In this document: one piece after another, positions 50,257-54,910 of the stretch
How positions within the stretch are numbered: position 1 is the first letter of the stretch
Layout: each line of letters starts with the position of its first letter
Assembly: GCA_964447495.1 (NCBI GenBank)
Contig: CAYUTF010000009.1
Coordinates: 1-54,910, forward strand
DNA length: 54,910 nucleotides
Direction of reading: 5' to 3'
Origin: an uncultured archaeon
GTDB lineage: Archaea > Asgardarchaeota > Lokiarchaeia > Sigyniarchaeales > SOKP01
Notes under the pieces: model-generated
Database searches by the model: none
The model's input: the letters and a program-made list of their open reading frames with translations, nothing else
What the model was told of the DNA's origin: nothing
Position numbers and translations under genes: made by a program

Positions 50257-51843
50257 ATGTCAGTACCTATATTGATATTAAAAGAAGGGACAGAAGAGAC
50301 AAAAGAAAAAGAAGCTCGAAATCAAAATATCAATGCAATTATAGCTATTACAGAGACTGTTAGATCTACCTTAGGACCTAAAGGTATGAATAAAATGTTG
50401 GTCGATTCAGTAGGAGACATAACGATTACAAATGATGGCGCTGAAATTCTTAAGAATCTTGATATTGAAAACGTAGCGGCAAATATGATGGTAAATATCG
50501 CAAAAGCAATTGACGAAGAAATTGGTGATGGAACCACTAGTGCTGTGATTTTTTCGACCGCCTTATTATCAAACGCTTTAGAACTAATAGAACAAGGTAT
50601 ACATCCTAAACCAATCACACATGGATATAGATTAGCAAATGATAAAGCATTGGCAATAATAAAGGATATTGCTGAAGAGATCTCTGAGGGCGATGATGCT
50701 ATACTGCAAAACATAGCGAGAACCGCCATGAATTCTAAGGATGTAGTAGGAATAAAAGATTTTTTTGCCAATTTGGCATTAAAAGCTATTAAGAATATAT
50801 CAGAGAAAGATGGAAATACTTTTTCTAAAGTTGGAAATGTCAAAATCGTGAAAGCACCTGGAAAATCGCTAAAAGAGTCTGAATTAATCAATGGCGTCTA
50901 CATTCAAAAAGAAAAAGTCCATAGTTCCATGCCCAGCATTATAAAAAATGCAAAAATTGCTGTGATCAGGAAAAAATTAGATGTGGTCAAAACAGAATTT
51001 GACGCCCAAATTAGAATTACAAGTCCAGGAGATATTCAGAAATTTTTGGATCAAGAAGATAAAATGCTTTTAGACAGTCTTCAGATCTTTAAAAATTTAG
51101 GTGTGAATATGATTGTAAATAGTCAAGACATTTCAGATAAATTTGGAGCTTATTTAGCAAGAGAAGGTATTGCAGCAATTAAAAATTTAGGCGATGAAGA
51201 CATTAAATCGGTATCCAAAGCAATTGGAGCTAATAGAGTCGATGATCTAAAAACTCTTAGTCAAAATGATTTAGGATTTGCTCAAACAGTTAAATTCGAG
51301 AAATTAGATAAAGATGAATATACACAATTCCTAGGATGTAAAAATCCAAAATCTGTTACAATTGTGTTAAAAGGTGGTTTAGACAAAATTCTTAGCACAG
51401 CTGAAATCACCTTACATGATGTTCTTTCTGTAATATCCAAAACGATGGATACAAAAGCAGTTGTTGCTGGGGGCGGTGCTATTTATCTTGAACTTGCAAA
51501 AAGATTAAGAGAATATGCGAACCAGATTAGCGGTAAAGAACAATTATCAGTTAACGCATTTGCAGTAGCTCTCGAGGAAATCCCTAAAACACTTATAAGA
51601 AATGCGGGATTAGATGAAATTGAAAACATTACCGAATTGCGAGCAGCACATAAATCAGATAATGATAAATGGATTGGTATCGATACTATCACCAATACGA
51701 TTGCTGACAACTATGCTAAAGGCATCGTTGAACCTGCAGCATTAATTAATCACGTCATAAAATCGGGAACAGAATTAGCAAACCTAATTTTAAGAGTAGA
51801 CAGAATAATTAATGCAAAATCATCTAAACCCAGTGGAATGTAA
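50257..51843 (+). CDS. Thermosome (group II chaperonin) subunit
   Basis: STLGPKGMNKM, TNDGAEIL, GDGTTS, GGGA, VEP, ILRVD. Confidence 0.96.
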   Translation: MSVPILILKEGTEETKEKEARNQNINAIIAITETVRSTLGPKGMNKMLVDSVGDITITNDGAEILKNLDIENVAANMMVNIAKAIDEEIGDGTTSAVIFSTALLSNALELIEQGIHPKPITHGYRLANDKALAIIKDIAEEISEGDDAILQNIARTAMNSKDVVGIKDFFANLALKAIKNISEKDGNTFSKVGNVKIVKAPGKSLKESELINGVYIQKEKVHSSMPSIIKNAKIAVIRKKLDVVKTEFDAQIRITSPGDIQKFLDQEDKMLLDSLQIFKNLGVNMIVNSQDISDKFGAYLAREGIAAIKNLGDEDIKSVSKAIGANRVDDLKTLSQNDLGFAQTVKFEKLDKDEYTQFLGCKNPKSVTIVLKGGLDKILSTAEITLHDVLSVISKTMDTKAVVAGGGAIYLELAKRLREYANQISGKEQLSVNAFAVALEEIPKTLIRNAGLDEIENITELRAAHKSDNDKWIGIDTITNTIADNYAKGIVEPAALINHVIKSGTELANLILRVDRIINAKSSKPSGM

Positions 51844-51996
51844 ATAATTATATTATCTTTTTTCTTTCTATTTTTATTCATTATTCTACTTTTAAACTAT
51901 TTGAAGCAGTGGTAATTTTATGATAATGTTTTTAATTTTTTTCGCTTTTTTATCTATATTCATAAAAATACCCATAAAGAAGTAAAATCGATAAAA

Positions 51997-53889
51997 ATGA
52001 ATTCAATAATACGAATGAAAACTTACTTAGATGACAAAATTTTGTCTGTAAGTGACTTTGAAAAACTTTTAGCTTTAAATAATGATGCAATCACAAGCAT
52101 TATTACTAGATTTATAGATTTATGCAAACCCAGTAAAATAAGGGTAATATCTGATTCTGAAGAGGATATAAAATATGTTAGAAATAAGGCTATTGAATTG
52201 AATGAAGAGATGAGGCTAAAAGTTGAAGGTCACACTATACATTATGATGGATTTTACGATCAAGCAAGGGATAAAGAAAATACGAAGGTTTTAATTCCTA
52301 AAGGTAATTATGCTAGCCCCTGGATCAATACAATAGATAGGGATGAGGGTCTAGTAGAGATATTAGACATTATGGATGGATGTATGAAAGGAAAAGAATG
52401 TTTAGTTCGTTTCTTTTGTCTAGGGCCAATAAACTCTAAGTTTACCATTTGTGCGCTACAACTCACAGATTCATTTTATGTTGCTCATTCAGAGGATCTT
52501 TTATATCATGTAGGGTACGAGGAATTTAAAAAGTTAAATGGTTCAGATGATTTTTTTTACTTTGTGCACTCTGCTGGAGAACTTACAGAGGGTATTCCTG
52601 TAACCAAAAGCGTAAAAGATAGAAGAGTCTATATTGATTTATCAGAACGAAGAGTCTTATCTTGTTATAATCAATATGCAGGAAATAGTCTGGGTTTAAA
52701 GAAATTAGCCTTACGTTTGGGTATTTATAAAGCTAATAACGAAGATTGGCTTACAGAGCATTATTTTATTTTAGGAGTACACCCTAAAGGAAAAAATCGA
52801 ATATCTTATATGTGTGGAGCTTATCCAAGTGCTTGTGGAAAAACATCAACCGCAATGTTACCTGACCAAACAATAGTAGGTGATGACATTGCCTATCTTC
52901 GAGTGTGGGATGATGGGTATGCTCATGCTGTGAATATTGAGAAAGGAATTTTTGGAATTATTAAGGATGTAAATCCTCAAGATGACCCTGTTATTTATGA
53001 TGCCCTTACAACCCCCAGAGAATTAATTTTTTCTAACGTTCTGATAAAGGATGGTAGCCCCTATTGGATTGGTATGGGAAAAGAGCATCCAAAAAAAGGA
53101 TTTAATTATTCTGGAGATTGGTTTGAAGGGAAAAAAGATAAGAATAGTAATCTTATTCTCCATGCTCATCCAAATGCCCGATATACTATAAGATTGAGCG
53201 AACTTGCAAATGTTGATTCCATGCTAGAAGATCCAAATGGAGTTCCAATTGATGGGATTTTTTATGGAGGACGAGATTCAAATACAATGCCTCCAGTTTT
53301 AGAAAGTTTGGATTGGGAACAAGGTATTTTTTTAGGTGCGAGTATTGAATCTGAAACCACCTCCGCAACATTAGGAACCGTAGGAGTAAGAACAGCAAGC
53401 CCTATGGCTAATTTAGACTTCTTAGTAGTCCCCTTGGGAAAATATTTGATAAATCATCAAAAATTTGGTAATAGTTTAATTCACACTCCCAAAGTTTTTG
53501 CAACAAATTATTTTCTAAAAGGCAAAAATGGCAAATATCTAAATGGTATCTTAGATAAAAAAGTATGGGTTATATGGGCTGAAGGAAGAACTAAAGGAGA
53601 TTATAAGGCAATAACTACCCCAATAGGTTACCTTCCTCTCTACAAAGATTTGAAAAGGTTGTTTGAACTTGAATTGAACAAAACCTATTCGAAAGAAGAA
53701 TATCTTGAGCAATTCACTGTTCGCATAACTCAATTATTAGAAAAATTGGAGAGAGTTGAAAAAATGTATAAAACCGAAAAGAATATTCCTCAATTTTTCT
53801 GGAACATATTATATCAACAAAGAAAGGAACTTACTGACTTAAAGAAAAAGTATGGTAAGACTAATATTTTACCTGAAGAACTTTTATAA
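51997..53889 (+). CDS. pckG: Phosphoenolpyruvate carboxykinase (GTP)
   Basis: YAGNSLGLKK, AYPSACGKTSTAM, VGDDIA, HPNARY, GGRD. Confidence 0.94.
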   Translation: MNSIIRMKTYLDDKILSVSDFEKLLALNNDAITSIITRFIDLCKPSKIRVISDSEEDIKYVRNKAIELNEEMRLKVEGHTIHYDGFYDQARDKENTKVLIPKGNYASPWINTIDRDEGLVEILDIMDGCMKGKECLVRFFCLGPINSKFTICALQLTDSFYVAHSEDLLYHVGYEEFKKLNGSDDFFYFVHSAGELTEGIPVTKSVKDRRVYIDLSERRVLSCYNQYAGNSLGLKKLALRLGIYKANNEDWLTEHYFILGVHPKGKNRISYMCGAYPSACGKTSTAMLPDQTIVGDDIAYLRVWDDGYAHAVNIEKGIFGIIKDVNPQDDPVIYDALTTPRELIFSNVLIKDGSPYWIGMGKEHPKKGFNYSGDWFEGKKDKNSNLILHAHPNARYTIRLSELANVDSMLEDPNGVPIDGIFYGGRDSNTMPPVLESLDWEQGIFLGASIESETTSATLGTVGVRTASPMANLDFLVVPLGKYLINHQKFGNSLIHTPKVFATNYFLKGKNGKYLNGILDKKVWVIWAEGRTKGDYKAITTPIGYLPLYKDLKRLFELELNKTYSKEEYLEQFTVRITQLLEKLERVEKMYKTEKNIPQFFWNILYQQRKELTDLKKKYGKTNILPEELL

Positions 53890-53940
53890 ATAGATATAAT
53901 AATTGAATTAAATTATTATAAAATAAGAATTAAAAGTTAG

Positions 53941-54573
53941 GTGTCAAATATGGCTGGTGAAATTACATATTCTGTGGCAGAATTTAATACCATAATCACA
54001 ATGTTAGGATGTTTATGTGCAACTGTACAATTATCTACGGGATATTATGCTGCATATAAAAAGAAAAAAATGGGCTTATTAAAAACTAATGACATACTAT
54101 TTCGGGCTCATAGAGCTTTTGGAGGATTCGCAACTACCCTATATTTTTTAGGTTTATTTGCAGGTTTAACAGGATTTATTGGAGCCCTTATTTTTAATAT
54201 TCCCCCGTTTGAAGGATCTGATCTAAGCTTTATCATTCATGTATGGCCCAGTTTTGCAGTATTGATTGTTATTACCTACAAAACATATCTCTCCTACTTT
54301 AAGAAACCTTCCATATACAAAAAGGGGAAATGGTTAGGAATCGCAACCTTTATTGCTTGGGCATTTACCTGGATTACATCTGCTTTTTCATATTATATGC
54401 GGACACTCCCAACAAATCCTCAACATGAACCCCCAACATATCTTCTACCGATTCAATTGTTATGGCTTCAAATTTCGCTCCCTTTTCTGATAGGAGCGTT
54501 AATTGGATATTTCATTTTACGATCCGCAGATAAAATAGAAAGGAAAAAAGCAGAAGGAAAAGTAAAAAAGTAG
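53941..54573 (+). CDS. Integral membrane protein (about 5 TM) with intramembrane His
   Basis: Hydrophobic helices with FRAHRAFG and IIHVW. Confidence 0.65.
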   Translation: MSNMAGEITYSVAEFNTIITMLGCLCATVQLSTGYYAAYKKKKMGLLKTNDILFRAHRAFGGFATTLYFLGLFAGLTGFIGALIFNIPPFEGSDLSFIIHVWPSFAVLIVITYKTYLSYFKKPSIYKKGKWLGIATFIAWAFTWITSAFSYYMRTLPTNPQHEPPTYLLPIQLLWLQISLPFLIGALIGYFILRSADKIERKKAEGKVKK

Positions 54574-54583
54574 ACCATAAACA

Positions 54584-54910
54584 CTATATTAGTAATTTCA
54601 TTCCTTCTTTTACTTTAAAAGTTCTTTTTAGTCTATCAATTTCAATAAAACGCTTAATTTCGAGATTGTTAAGTAAATCCCTCATTTCAATATTGTCTTT
54701 GTCGAGTTTCTCTGCTAATCCTTCTATATCATTTTCATATGCCTTTAAAATCTCAATTAAGGAGGAATAATTATCATAAATCTGATTTACAATATATTTT
54801 AGTGCTTCTTCTAAATTATCCCCGGTCCTCGTGCTACATGGGAATATAATCGAGTCCTCAGTGAGATAATTTTGAGATCGGACCACCTCAGAATGGCGAG
54901 CCCCAGCAAT
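54584..54910 (-). CDS. C-terminal part of a small GTPase fused to a winged helix (5' end outside the window)
   Basis: The frame is open to base 54910 (IAGARHSEVVR...). G5-like PCSTRTGDNLEEAL is followed by wHTH-like LAEKL...LLNNLEIKRFIEID. Confidence 0.6.
   Translation of the reverse strand: MAGARHSEVVRSQNYLTEDSIIFPCSTRTGDNLEEALKYIVNQIYDNYSSLIEILKAYENDIEGLAEKLDKDNIEMRDLLNNLEIKRFIEIDRLKRTFKVKEGMKLLI

Noticed and set aside
50322-50891. 189 aa antisense ORF in the thermosome gene, and similar ones (10518-10865, 32405-32713, 36575-36934, 42232-42531, 20240-20458 and others)
   Set aside because: They lie wholly or almost wholly opposite or within well-supported genes, have F/S/I-rich composition typical of reverse-frame shadows, and show no motifs.
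1-54910. CRISPR arrays, IS elements, integrases, rRNA
   Set aside because: By eye I found no regularly spaced repeats, transposase or integrase ORFs, or GC-rich structured RNA stretches. An Infernal/CRISPR scan would be needed to exclude small ncRNAs.

Overview
Gene-dense, strongly AT-rich archaeal chromosome segment, most likely from an Asgard archaeon (Lokiarchaeia-like). This is inferred from archaeal core genes (EF-1beta, rpoD-rpl18e-rpl13-rps9, thermosome, Sm, Rio2, TrmI, archaeal/eukaryote-type TrpRS) occurring with several small GTPases (Rab-like, Arf/Rag-like with roadblock tail, GTPase-winged helix), a gelsolin-like domain protein and a multi-PAS histidine kinase. Metabolic content: IorAB, PorCDAB, GTP-PEPCK, AroA/AroC, GlyA, an acyl-CoA ligase, three alpha/beta hydrolases and MsrA/MsrB. 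It also encodes bacterial-type MutS/MutL and an orphan N6-adenine DNA methyltransferase. I recognised no rRNA, tRNA, CRISPR array or transposase. The ORF track misses two genes (msrA at the left edge, a Zn-ribbon gene at 6615-6791) and truncates three. Main observations: (1) those three genes appear to need non-canonical ATA/ATT initiation 6 nt after a Shine-Dalgarno-like G(G/T)TGA; (2) a gelsolin-like domain fused to about 4 TM helices; (3) tandem paralogous microproteins divergent from a Rag/Arf-like GTPase; (4) FL11-like Lrp boxes between an Lrp gene and a thermosome gene; (5) a lipase / flippase-like / alpha-helical-barrel gene trio. All calls come from motif reading only; no database searches were run.
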